Positions 1 through 8,540 of a stretch of 44,981 nt of DNA are shown here, piece by piece. The notes under the pieces are model-generated. The model saw nothing but the letters and a program-made list of their open reading frames with translations. It searched no databases and was not told where the DNA came from. The stretch comes from a virus (Duplodnaviria > Caudoviricetes). Each line of letters starts with the position of its first letter. The stretch's first letter is position 1. The position numbers and the translations under genes were made by a program. Location of the stretch: IMG/VR virus record IMGVR_UViG_3300017700_000220, positions 1 to 44,981 of that record; one strand, 5' to 3'.

Positions 1-123
1 CCGCCCCATTGTTCCGCCATAGCTTGTGCTATGCCGGGGTAAAACCTAGAACGTTCCTTCCACCGATCCGCGCCCGGTGTCATCATGTGAATGCGTTGTT
101 CACGCCCTTCCACAATGTTAGTC
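1..123. repeat. Terminal direct repeat / circular overlap, left copy
   Basis: Identical to 44859-44981. A reading frame runs through the join, so this is most likely an assembly overlap of a circular or permuted genome. Confidence 0.95.
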
Positions 124-599
124 GGGGTGAGCGGTGGCAAATTCTTCAGCCAGAGGCATGTGCGCTTGCATTCACCGTGGCCGAATTGCCAAGGCTGAAT
201 CGATTGCGTGAACTCGGTATAGTTCACAATGCGTGCCTTGGCGTGCTTGTGCATGACGGGGTTTTCAACGGCAATGCGTTCAATCGGTGCATTCCACAAC
301 GTTGAGAATAGCGCCGCGCCTTCGTCCAACTCTGCCCACATTGATTCCAATGTCCGGCCCGGTGGCGGTACTGTAAGCCAGCGCACCCCACTATTGCATA
401 GCCTTGTGCATGGCGGGTGCGCCACCATAAGCAAATCCCAACCCTCATTTAGAATGCCGTCACGAACGTCCCCAACTATGTGGCGATTGCTGCCGTCTTC
501 TGAAGGCAGCAAATCAATAGACCATGCTTCAACATGATCCAGCGCATTGAAAGCACGGCGCACCGTGCCGCTGTATTCGCAAGCGACTAACACCTTCAT
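1..599 (-). CDS. C5 DNA cytosine methyltransferase-like protein (~210 aa; continues across the origin to a stop at 44825-44827)
   Basis: Hand translation from ATG 599: MKVLVACEYSGTVRRAF...WDLLMVAHPPCTRL...IAVENPV...QPWQFGH...KRTCLWL...RSRFYPGIAQAMAEQWG. It has PPC and ENP motifs. Absent from the ORF track because it wraps. Confidence 0.8.
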   Translation of the reverse strand, partial: MKVLVACEYSGTVRRAFNALDHVEAWSIDLLPSEDGSNRHIVGDVRDGILNEGWDLLMVAHPPCTRLCNSGVRWLTVPPPGRTLESMWAELDEGAALFSTLWNAPIERIAVENPVMHKHAKARIVNYTEFTQSIQPWQFGHGECKRTCLWLKNLPPLTPTNIVEGREQRIHMMTPGADRWKERSRFYPGIAQAMAEQWG

Positions 600-715
600 T
601 GGATCACCTGATCAAGCTTGCCATTGATCACAATTGCATAGGCAACGTTTTCAAGGTGCAGCACGATAGGCTTAGGGCCAAGCGCAACGTTGCGCCTTAC
701 AATGTGAATGATCAT
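596..715 (-). CDS. Small hypothetical protein (39 aa, MIIHIVRRNVALGPK...)
   Basis: ATGA start/stop overlaps with both neighbours (712-715 and 596-599). Confidence 0.6.
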   Translation of the reverse strand: MIIHIVRRNVALGPKPIVLHLENVAYAIVINGKLDQVIQ

Positions 716-906
716 GGCTGCACCGCCTCAAGCTTGGCGCTCATTGTGGTGAGCGTGCCAGCCGTGAGCCTTGCATATACATTTGTGTTGATTGCCTCTG
801 CACGCCAGAAGGTGCGCACCTTCACAATGCGCCACACCTTGCCGCCGCCATATCCGGTGTAATGCTTCTTACCCGGCAACTTCTCAATGTTGGGTAGGTT
901 CTTCAT
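712..906 (-). CDS. Hypothetical protein, first gene of the leftward arm (MKNLPNIEKLPG...)
   Basis: ATG 906 preceded by AGACAGGAAA RBS and a promoter-like element. Confidence 0.7.
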   Translation of the reverse strand: MKNLPNIEKLPGKKHYTGYGGGKVWRIVKVRTFWRAEAINTNVYARLTAGTLTTMSAKLEAVQP

Positions 907-943
907 GTGATCGTTTCCTGTCTCTGCCTGAATTGGCCAAGAG

Positions 944-974
944 GCCATAGCATGAAACGCCAGCGCCAGTCAAG
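944..974 (-). promoter_or_regulatory. Putative sigma70-type leftward (early) promoter
   Basis: CTTGACT (974-968), 17 nt, CTATGG (950-945); resembles alphaproteobacterial CTTGAC..CTAT promoters. Confidence 0.55.
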
Positions 975-976
975 CG

Positions 977-1475
977 GCTTATATACATGCCCCGATCTAT
1001 TCCCTATCCATGTGCTTCTATAATGCTGATTCTATCTCTGCCCATTTACATGGGCAAGAGATTAAGAGCCTAAGAGAGAATAGGGAATAGAGAGGCAAGC
1101 TTGATCAAACACGGGTTTACCTGGGTTTAGCTTATATACAGGCAGCACAATTGAGCGTGGCCTAGATCAAGCTTATATACATTCGAGCGCATTATATACA
1201 TGAATGAGCGCACCACACCACAAGCGCACCGCGCCACGAATATGCGCATGGATCACCGCTGTTATACATGAAGCGCCTTATATACATGGGCCAATGCAGC
1301 TTATGTACATGGCTTGCATATGTGCACATATGAGAGCGCCATAGCATTGCCCGCCCCATGTATATAAATGACCGGGGTGGGGTGGGGGCGTACCCCCGCA
1401 GCGCGGCGCAGAGTACTATACGTCCCCCCGAGTCTCTTTCGCGCCGGTTTTGAAAACTCAAGTAGCTTATATACA
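977..1475. repeat. Field of (GC)TTATATACA(TG) repeats in the divergent non-coding region
   Basis: Copies near 977, 1130, 1171, 1192, 1277, 1465; variants at 1261 and 1299; inverted copy at 1357-1367. Confidence 0.85.
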
Positions 1476-1526
1476 CTATGGTTAATGTACACATACCGGG
1501 GCATCTGTTCAAAATTTTGGATTTTC

Positions 1527-1606
1527 TCGACATATTGTCCCGCTCGGGAACATTTGCAGCGAATGTAGGCCGGGGGTTGACATTTCTTCCCGCTCGGGAT
1601 CATAGT
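1527..1606 (+). promoter_or_regulatory. Putative rightward promoter, tandemly duplicated, with palindromic TCCCGCTCGGGA boxes
   Basis: TTGACA 1577-1582, then CATAGT 1601-1606; imperfect copy 50 bp upstream; palindromes at 1538-1549 and 1588-1599. Confidence 0.6.
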
Positions 1607-1634
1607 GCGCACCATTGATGACAGGAGACATACC

Positions 1635-1859
1635 ATGAAAATTGAAGTTGAAGGTAACTGGTTGTTTGACGAACCCATTGACTTGCTGGACCTGAAGCCC
1701 TGGGTGCGTGACAAGATTCGTGACGCTGTGATTCGGCATGAACGGGCGAACGGTGGAAGGCTGAAGTTGACAGCACTATCAGTTGAGCCGTACAAACCAT
1801 TCAAGGATACTGCGGTGACGCGGTTGACGATCACGGCGGAAAGAGAATCGGAAGCATAA
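1635..1859 (+). CDS. Hypothetical protein
   Basis: ACAGGAG RBS before ATG 1635; TAATG coupling to terS. Confidence 0.75.
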   Translation: MKIEVEGNWLFDEPIDLLDLKPWVRDKIRDAVIRHERANGGRLKLTALSVEPYKPFKDTAVTRLTITAERESEA

Positions 1860-2503
1860 TGGGCCAAACTGCACGCACACAAATGATCACCCTTGGAATG
1901 GACGAAGACGATTTTGGTCCGGCCATGCAGGAGCTATCAGACGCGCAACGCGCGTTCGTCATTGCCTATGCTGATCAGGGCGGTATCAATGGCGCAGAGG
2001 CAGCACGCAAAGCTGGCTACGGCAACAATGACATGGCTGCGGGGCGTGCTGCGTATCTGCTGCTGCGAAAGAAGAATGTCCTGGCGGCGATTCGGGAAGT
2101 GGCCGAAGAACGCATTAGGGCCGGGGCGGTGCTGGCGGCTTCCGTCCTTGTGGAAATTGCAGATAGCAAGTTTGACAAGAATCGATTCAAGGCGTCCGTT
2201 GAGTTGTTGAACCGCGCCGGACTGATTGTTGAGGGGGTAAGCCGTGTCATCGTTGAAGATCATCGAACGAATGCGCAGATTGAAAGGCGTGTCACCGACC
2301 TTTGCAATAAACTTGGCATTGATCCGTTGCAGCTATTGGGCAGACGCGAAGCTGAAGAAGCTGATTACGAAGTCATTGACGGCAGCGGCGGTATGGAAAA
2401 AACCGTTGAGGCGATTCACGCGCGGGGCGAAGCGTGGGAAGATGATCAGACGCGGCAGGACCAAGAAGAACTAGACGCCATGCTTGGATTGAAACAGGAG
2501 TAA
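1859..2503 (+). CDS. terS: Terminase small subunit
   Basis: N-terminal HTH pattern AFVIAY...NGAEAARKAGY...LLRKKNVLAAI; lies upstream of terL. Confidence 0.85.
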   Translation: MGQTARTQMITLGMDEDDFGPAMQELSDAQRAFVIAYADQGGINGAEAARKAGYGNNDMAAGRAAYLLLRKKNVLAAIREVAEERIRAGAVLAASVLVEIADSKFDKNRFKASVELLNRAGLIVEGVSRVIVEDHRTNAQIERRVTDLCNKLGIDPLQLLGRREAEEADYEVIDGSGGMEKTVEAIHARGEAWEDDQTRQDQEELDAMLGLKQE

Positions 2504-2508
2504 CGGCA

Positions 2509-2574
2509 ATGGATATTACCACAATTTTGATTATCCTTCTGATACTGTGGCTGCTCGGGGTGTTTGATGATTGA
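2509..2574 (+). CDS. 21-aa hydrophobic microprotein MDITTILIILLILWLLGVFDD
   Basis: ACAGGAG RBS 8 nt upstream; fills the terS-terL gap; stop overlaps the terL start. Confidence 0.6.
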   Translation: MDITTILIILLILWLLGVFDD

Positions 2575-4057
2575 GTCATGGGAAGCACAAAGCGAACCCG
2601 ACGATAAGGAACGCCGGAAGAAGATGCTGCTGCTTGAAGCGCAGCTTGCGGAAATTGCGAAGCGCAAATCCGAAAACCAACTGCTGTACTATAAGCCGTA
2701 CAAGAAGCAGTTGGAGTTCCACCGCAACGGCGCGACATACACCGAACGTTTGTTGATGGCAGCTAACCGCGTGGGCAAGACCATGTGCGGCGGTGCGGAA
2801 ATTGCGATGCACCTGACAGGCCGGTATCCGAAAGATTGGCCGGGACGCCGCTATGATCGTCCGGTGCGCGGATGGGCGGCGGGTGTTACGGCAGAGTCAA
2901 CGCGTGACGTTGTGCAGAGAATTCTTCTTGGTGAAACTGCGAACGGCATTGGCACCGGCATGATCCCAAGGGACTGCCTTGATCCCAAGACCATGACATT
3001 GGCGCGGGGCGTGTCCGGCCTGTACGATACGATCTTGGTCAAGCATGTGACCGGCGGCTATTCGGAATTGAAGTTCAAGTCATATGAGCGCGGCCAAGAG
3101 AAGTGGCAGGGCGACACCCTGGACTTTGTTTGGTTCGACGAAGAACCGCCACCTGATATTTATTCGGAAGGCTATACGCGTATCATCACCACGAACGGTT
3201 TTGTTATTATGACCTTCACGCCGTTGCAAGGACGGTCCGATGTTGTGAAGCGCTTCCTTGATGAAGAAAGCCCATACCGGCGCGTGACCACAATGACGAT
3301 TGATGACGCGGAACACTTGACGCCAGAGAAGCGTGCGGAAATGATTGCGGGCTATCGACCGCACGAACTTGAAGCGCGAACCAAAGGTATCCCGGTGCTT
3401 GGCTCGGGCAAAATCTTCCAGCACACGGAAGCGTCAATTTTTATCAAGCCCTTCACGATCCCCGATCACTGGTCATGGCTTTGGAGTTTGGACTTCGGCA
3501 TGACACACCCGTTCGCTGCGGTGCTGAATGCGTACAACCGTGACACCGATACCATTTACGTGACGCATGAAATACGAATGGCGAATGCTGTCACCCTGGC
3601 GCACGCTTCGGCCATGAAGCCGGTGCACAACAATAGGGGCTGGCTGATCCCGGCAGCTTGGCCGCATGACGGCGAACAGCGCAAGGAATTCCAAGGCGAA
3701 CTTCTCCCGCTGCGGCAAATCTACAAGAAGCACGGCGTCAATATGCTGCCGGAACATTCCACCTTCCCCGATGGTTCTAACTCCACAGAGTTGGGCATCA
3801 TGCAGATGGATGAACGCATGGGCAGCAACCGGTACAAGGTTTTCGATACGTGCCATATGTGGCGCGACGAATACCGGCTTTATCACAGAGTTGACGGGCA
3901 AATTAATAAGGTGGAAGACGATCTTATGAGCGCCAGCCGTCATGGTGTTGTGTCGATTCGCAAAGCAAAACCGGTGCTTTATGTGTCGCCGGATATGTGG
4001 GGTGCCAAGTCGAACAGCACCCCCATGGCAAAGGACGTTGACATAAGCCCGTTCTAA
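2567..4057 (+). CDS. terL: Terminase large subunit
   Basis: Walker A AANRVGKT, Walker B FVWFDEE, TFTP coupling motif, RNase H-like LDFG and DDLMSA. Confidence 0.95.
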   Translation: MIESWEAQSEPDDKERRKKMLLLEAQLAEIAKRKSENQLLYYKPYKKQLEFHRNGATYTERLLMAANRVGKTMCGGAEIAMHLTGRYPKDWPGRRYDRPVRGWAAGVTAESTRDVVQRILLGETANGIGTGMIPRDCLDPKTMTLARGVSGLYDTILVKHVTGGYSELKFKSYERGQEKWQGDTLDFVWFDEEPPPDIYSEGYTRIITTNGFVIMTFTPLQGRSDVVKRFLDEESPYRRVTTMTIDDAEHLTPEKRAEMIAGYRPHELEARTKGIPVLGSGKIFQHTEASIFIKPFTIPDHWSWLWSLDFGMTHPFAAVLNAYNRDTDTIYVTHEIRMANAVTLAHASAMKPVHNNRGWLIPAAWPHDGEQRKEFQGELLPLRQIYKKHGVNMLPEHSTFPDGSNSTELGIMQMDERMGSNRYKVFDTCHMWRDEYRLYHRVDGQINKVEDDLMSASRHGVVSIRKAKPVLYVSPDMWGAKSNSTPMAKDVDISPF

Positions 4058-4103
4058 CCCGTATAAAGGGTGGAGTATCGAAATTGGCGAAGGAATTTTC
4101 ATC

Positions 4104-4358
4104 ATGGCTATCTCTGATTGGCTCGGTTTTGGCGGCGCTAAAAAGCGCAATCAATCACAGTCCGGACCTGGGAACGCGGGCGGCGGAAATGAGCGTGCAC
4201 GGGCGCAGCGCCTTGCCGACATTGCAGCGGCCAAGAAGTCCAATAGCGAAGTGTCCGCAAAACTCGACGCAGACGCTAAAGCAAAGGCGGCTGCTGAAGC
4301 TTCGGCCAACAAAAAGAAAAGGGCCAAAGACTTCTGGAACAATGTGTTGAGCAAATGA
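4104..4358 (+). CDS. Small basic Ala/Lys-rich protein (possible virion assembly protein)
   Basis: AAGGAA RBS; lies between terL and portal. Confidence 0.6.
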   Translation: MAISDWLGFGGAKKRNQSQSGPGNAGGGNERARAQRLADIAAAKKSNSEVSAKLDADAKAKAAAEASANKKKRAKDFWNNVLSK

Positions 4359-4359
4359 A

Positions 4360-4566
4360 ATGGTTGGGTTGTTTGGCGGTGGCGGCGTATTTGGTGCTGG
4401 TATGGACCCTGGCCCCACAAATCTTTACAAGCAAGCCAAGAAAAACTTTAATCGGGGAATGGTTCCTGCTGTACCCAAGAAAGACGGATCAGTAGGACCT
4501 AAGCCAGTGGCACAACCGAAAGAACGCGCGTCAATTTGGGAAAGAATAGCAAATGGCTTCCAATGA
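4360..4566 (+). CDS. Small Gly-rich hypothetical protein
   Basis: Tiles the gap up to the portal gene. Confidence 0.5.
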   Translation: MVGLFGGGGVFGAGMDPGPTNLYKQAKKNFNRGMVPAVPKKDGSVGPKPVAQPKERASIWERIANGFQ

Positions 4567-6196
4567 GCAAATAGTTGCTGAAAGCATCAAGGACATGAAC
4601 GCGCTGATTCGTGATCGGACGGTCTTTGAAACGCATTGGGAAGAAGTCGCGGAACTTGTGTTGCCGTCCTATCGCAACACGTTCACGCGCGGATCGTACA
4701 ACACACCGGGCGAGAAGAAGACGGAGAAGCAAGTTGATTCGTCTGCGGCGCTTGCGCTGTCCCGCTTCGGCTCCATCATTGACAGTCTGCTTACGCCACG
4801 GAACATGATGTGGCACCAACTAACTTCCGACAATGAAGACTTGAACAAGCTGCGCGAAGTCCGCATGTGGTTTGAGATCGTCACCCGGATCATGTTCAAG
4901 GAACGCTACAAGCCGTCCGCGAACTTTGCTTCACAGAACCTTACGTCCTACATTTCCATGGGCGCGTTCGGCAACGGCGTGTTGTGGATTGATCCTTTGC
5001 GGGACGCTTACGGTGGCCGTGGTGTGCGCTATAGCTGCATCCCCATTGGCGAGATTTATCTTGGGCAGAACTTCCAAGGATTGATTGATCGTTTCTGCCG
5101 CATCTTCTGGCTGGACAAGTCGCAAGCCATTGCGCAGTTCGGGGAAGAAAATCTTCCGCAGACCTTGTTAGAAAACAAGGACCCGAATTCTAAATTTGAA
5201 TTCCTGCACCGCGTCTGCCCGCGTGCGTTCTATGATCCGCAGCGCATTGATTCCAAGGGCAAGCCGTGGGCAAGCTATTACATTGCGCTTGGCAATGGCG
5301 GACACCTTATTTCCGAAAGCGGATACAACACGTTCCCCATTTCCGTGAACCGCTATGAGAATGCGCCGGGTGAAGTCTATGCCCGTGGTCCGGCCATGAC
5401 GATCCTTCCGGCTATCAAGACGATCAACGCAGAAAAGCGTGACTTCCTTGTGCAAGGCCACCGCGCAGCTTCGCCGGTGCTTCTCACAACGGATGACGGC
5501 ATGGTGGACTTCTCCATGCGCCCTGGCGCTTTGAACAAAGGCGGGTGGTCTTCGGACGGCAAGCCACTTGTCGGCACGCTGCCGGTGGGCAACATTCAAG
5601 TGTCTGAAGAAATGATGGCACGCGAAAACATGATCATTGATGACGCGTTCCTGATCGGCATGTTCAAAATCCTTCAGGAAAATCCGCAGATGACCGCAAC
5701 GCAAGTCATTGAGATCGTCAATCAGAAGGGCATCCTCTTGGCTCCTACCGTGGGACGCCAGCAATCGGAATACCTTGGCCCCATGATCCACCGTGAAATG
5801 GACGTTATGGCGGAACTTGGAATTCTGCCGCCGGTCCCTGAAGTCATGCGTGAAGCGCGTGCGGAATACAACGTGGTCTATACCTCACCGCTTTCCCGCG
5901 CCATGCGTGCGCAAGAGGTTGCGGGCTTCGGACGCACCATGGAAATTTTGACCGGCATCGTCAACATTACGCAGGACCCAACACCGCTGGACGAATTCAA
6001 CTTCTCGAAAGCCTCTCGGGAGATTGCGGACATTCAGGCCGTGCCGGAAAGCTGGATGGCTTCGCCGGAAGAAAGCCAAGCGAAGAAGGACAGTCGCCAG
6101 CAAGCGATGGATCAGCAAGCCGAAATTCAAGCGGCCCCGGCTGCTGCGGCGATGCTCAAGGCAAAGGCAGTTGCGGACAAAGGCAATGCGAAATAA
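4553..6196 (+). CDS. Portal (head-tail connector), T7/BPP-1 type
   Basis: 547 aa; GEVYARGP, MTATQV..., LGPMIHRE and YTSPLSRA motifs typical of podoviral connectors. Confidence 0.92.
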   Translation: MASNEQIVAESIKDMNALIRDRTVFETHWEEVAELVLPSYRNTFTRGSYNTPGEKKTEKQVDSSAALALSRFGSIIDSLLTPRNMMWHQLTSDNEDLNKLREVRMWFEIVTRIMFKERYKPSANFASQNLTSYISMGAFGNGVLWIDPLRDAYGGRGVRYSCIPIGEIYLGQNFQGLIDRFCRIFWLDKSQAIAQFGEENLPQTLLENKDPNSKFEFLHRVCPRAFYDPQRIDSKGKPWASYYIALGNGGHLISESGYNTFPISVNRYENAPGEVYARGPAMTILPAIKTINAEKRDFLVQGHRAASPVLLTTDDGMVDFSMRPGALNKGGWSSDGKPLVGTLPVGNIQVSEEMMARENMIIDDAFLIGMFKILQENPQMTATQVIEIVNQKGILLAPTVGRQQSEYLGPMIHREMDVMAELGILPPVPEVMREARAEYNVVYTSPLSRAMRAQEVAGFGRTMEILTGIVNITQDPTPLDEFNFSKASREIADIQAVPESWMASPEESQAKKDSRQQAMDQQAEIQAAPAAAAMLKAKAVADKGNAK

Positions 6197-6214
6197 CAAA
6201 GTGGAGACAGGACA

Positions 6215-6493
6215 ATGATTGCAAGAACTTTGGAAGCGGCGATTGCGTTCCTCACCGGACGCAAGAGCGCCTACATGAAAGTGTTTTCGTATAGCGATCT
6301 GGCAAGTCGCATGGTTCTTCGGGACCTGTATATTTTTTGCCGCGCTAATGAAAGTTGTATGGTGCCGGGTGATGACCACAGAACTTTCATGTTGGAAGGA
6401 CGCCGCGAAGTGTGGCTTCGTATCCAGCAACACATTGGATTGTCACCTGAAGAACTACTTGATCTTTACAACGGGAAAGGAACCCCACAATGA
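6215..6493 (+). CDS. Bbp19-like small protein
   Basis: Y..VF...VL.DL..FC...EGRREV.LRI pattern directly after portal. Confidence 0.7.
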   Translation: MIARTLEAAIAFLTGRKSAYMKVFSYSDLASRMVLRDLYIFCRANESCMVPGDDHRTFMLEGRREVWLRIQQHIGLSPEELLDLYNGKGTPQ

Positions 6494-7338
6494 AAACTTT
6501 TATGATCAGCCCTAACTACGAAGGCGAAGGCACGGGCAGCGGAAGCGGCTCGGGCGATGTGAAGCCTTGGTACGGGACACCTGAGCCAGAAGTATTAGGC
6601 TACATGCAAGCCCGTGGCCTGGACAAGATGAAGCCTGAAGAAGCGGCCATTGCCGCCATTGGGTTCCATCGTGAAGCGGAAAAACTTATTGGCGCACCGG
6701 CGGAACAGTTGATCCGTCTGCCCAAGGACGCCGCAGACGTTGAAGCTTGGAACAAGGTTCATGCCAAGCTTGGCGTACCGGCGGACCCCAAGGAATACGA
6801 CTTCACAACGCTGAAGTATTCCGATGGCTCCACAATGAAGGACACCGAAGTTGAAGAACTGCGGACCTTGGTTGCGGAACTGAAGTTGCCGAAGGCCACC
6901 GCCGCGCTTCTCGGGAAGCGCCTTATGGACTTGAACGAAAAAGCTGAAGGCAGCAAGACCGCGCTGTATCAGGGCGAACTTGCGCAAGAGAAGGACAAGC
7001 TTGCGCAGAATTGGGGACACAACGCAGCGTCAAATCAAGTGGTGGCCGACAATGCCATGCTGAAGCTTGGCGTTACGCCGGAACAGCAAGAAGCGCTGAA
7101 GGGTGTTATTGGCTATGCGGCCCTTATGGAAATGTTCCGCGACATTGGCACCAAGATTGGGGAAGACCGCTTTGTGCGCGGTAACTCCAATAGCAATGGT
7201 GTGATGACGAAGGACGAAGCGGCTGCGAAGCTGGAATCTTTGCGCAATGACTCCGAATGGTTCAAGCGCTACCAGTCCGGCAACCCTGAAGCCATGAAGG
7301 AATTCAATGACTTGACCCGCATTCAAGCGGGCTTATAA
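6490..7338 (+). CDS. Capsid scaffolding / assembly protein
   Basis: Position before capsid; KLGVP..P.EY and L..NWG patterns; helical and charged. Confidence 0.75.
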   Translation: MKTFMISPNYEGEGTGSGSGSGDVKPWYGTPEPEVLGYMQARGLDKMKPEEAAIAAIGFHREAEKLIGAPAEQLIRLPKDAADVEAWNKVHAKLGVPADPKEYDFTTLKYSDGSTMKDTEVEELRTLVAELKLPKATAALLGKRLMDLNEKAEGSKTALYQGELAQEKDKLAQNWGHNAASNQVVADNAMLKLGVTPEQQEALKGVIGYAALMEMFRDIGTKIGEDRFVRGNSNSNGVMTKDEAAAKLESLRNDSEWFKRYQSGNPEAMKEFNDLTRIQAGL

Positions 7339-7368
7339 TCGGCCAAAAGATCGGCCAAAAATAATTTT

Positions 7369-7398
7369 AGAAAGCCGCTTGACTGCGGCTTTCTTTTT
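7369..7398 (+). terminator. Intrinsic terminator-like hairpin after scaffold gene
   Basis: AGAAAGCCGC-TTGACT-GCGGCTTTCT followed by TTTT. Confidence 0.7.
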
Positions 7399-7407
7399 AT
7401 CTAGCTT
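7379..7407 (+). promoter_or_regulatory. Putative capsid promoter
   Basis: TTGACT-N17-TAGCTT; the -35 is the terminator loop and the -10 overlaps a GCTTATATAC box. Confidence 0.55.
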
Positions 7408-7544
7408 ATATACCGAACCTTGGGGCGAGTGGGTTTTGAAGTGTGATTCCTGTCCGCCCTGATCCTCTCGCTCCCAAGGTCTTCACGCCCCGACACCTTC
7501 AATCCTGAAGCCGTGGGTTTCCCTTAAATCGAATGGAGACTATT

Positions 7545-8474
7545 ATGGCTGACAATGGATTAGTCGAACTTTTCACCGTGCAGTATAAAAACCTGCTTCA
7601 GATGAACCTTCAGCAGAAGTCTTCAATGCTTCGCGGCAAGGTTGAAGAAGGGAATCATGTCGGTGCGAAAATTGCATCCCCGCTCAACTTGGTTGGGCCG
7701 ATGCAGATGAAAACCCCTGAAGGGCGTTTCTCGCCCAAGAAGAATACCCCGGCTGACTATCAGCGCCGTTGGGTTATGCCCGTTGACAAGGAAGGCGATC
7801 AGTACGTTGACAACTTTGATCAGTTGAAGACGCCGATTGATCCCAAGTCCAAGTTGGTGGAGCGTGCTTCGGCTGCGGTTGCCCGCGCCTGGGACGATGA
7901 AATTATCCGCGCTGCGACTGCCGCCAGCACCATTGGTGTTGACGTTGGTTCGCTCACCACGGAAGCGTTTGATACGGCAAAGTTCCAGATTGCCGCTGCG
8001 TTCGGTGCGTCCGGCGCGGTGGGCTTGACGGTGGCCAAGTTGAACGAAGCGCGGCGCATTCTGGAAAAGTACCACAACACGGAAGAACTGGAAGCCGGTC
8101 TTGGCACCGCGATTATCGGTTCAAGCCAGCACGCCGATCTGCGCAATCAGGCTCTTGTTACCTCAAACGAGTTCAACAAGAACGGCGGTATCTTGGTCGA
8201 TGGCAAAGTGACCAAGTACATGGGCTTCAATATCTGCCAGTCGGAACGCCTTGCTTGGGCGTCCAACGTGCGCAGCGTGCTTGTGTTCGTCAAGTCCGGC
8301 CTGTATCTCGGTATCTGGCAGGACATTAAGACGCAAGTATTCCAGCGCCCCGATCTCTCAAGCAACCCTTGGGACATTTCAACCGTTGCCAGCTACGGCG
8401 CTACCCGCACCGAAGCCGGTAAGGTCATTGAAATTCTCTGTGCCGACACTTCAGGTGCCGACATTACCCCGTAA
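7545..8474 (+). CDS. Major capsid protein
   Basis: GGAG RBS; LQQKSSMLR, IDPKS...AVARAWDDEII, KYMGFNI and YGATRTE..KV motifs; 309 aa. Confidence 0.9.
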   Translation: MADNGLVELFTVQYKNLLQMNLQQKSSMLRGKVEEGNHVGAKIASPLNLVGPMQMKTPEGRFSPKKNTPADYQRRWVMPVDKEGDQYVDNFDQLKTPIDPKSKLVERASAAVARAWDDEIIRAATAASTIGVDVGSLTTEAFDTAKFQIAAAFGASGAVGLTVAKLNEARRILEKYHNTEELEAGLGTAIIGSSQHADLRNQALVTSNEFNKNGGILVDGKVTKYMGFNICQSERLAWASNVRSVLVFVKSGLYLGIWQDIKTQVFQRPDLSSNPWDISTVASYGATRTEAGKVIEILCADTSGADITP

Positions 8475-8540
8475 CCCTTGAAGCCGGGGGCGATTGAAAC
8501 CCGCCCCCACTTCTACTGAAAGAAAACATGGAGACTTAAA

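Noticed and set aside
1-123. Biological direct terminal repeat
   Set aside because: It falls in the middle of a coding sequence; assembly overlap is the simpler explanation.
950-1600. tRNA or other known ncRNA genes
   Set aside because: No cloverleaf or T-loop signature recognised here or in other intergenic gaps.
1192-1882. ORFs 1192-1533, 1301-1882 and 1368-1568
   Set aside because: They cross the repeat/promoter region or lie antisense to real genes, with no RBS or protein-like composition.
4355-4495. Alternative hydrophobic 46-aa frame MKWLGCLAVAAYLVLVW...
   Set aside because: It has an ATGA overlap but competes with 4360-4566, which tiles up to the portal. Cannot be resolved without homologues.
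8486-8508. Terminator after the capsid gene
   Set aside because: GGGGGCG/CGCCCCC stem is present but has no U-tract; more likely a stabilising hairpin. The clear terminator is at 9079-9102.
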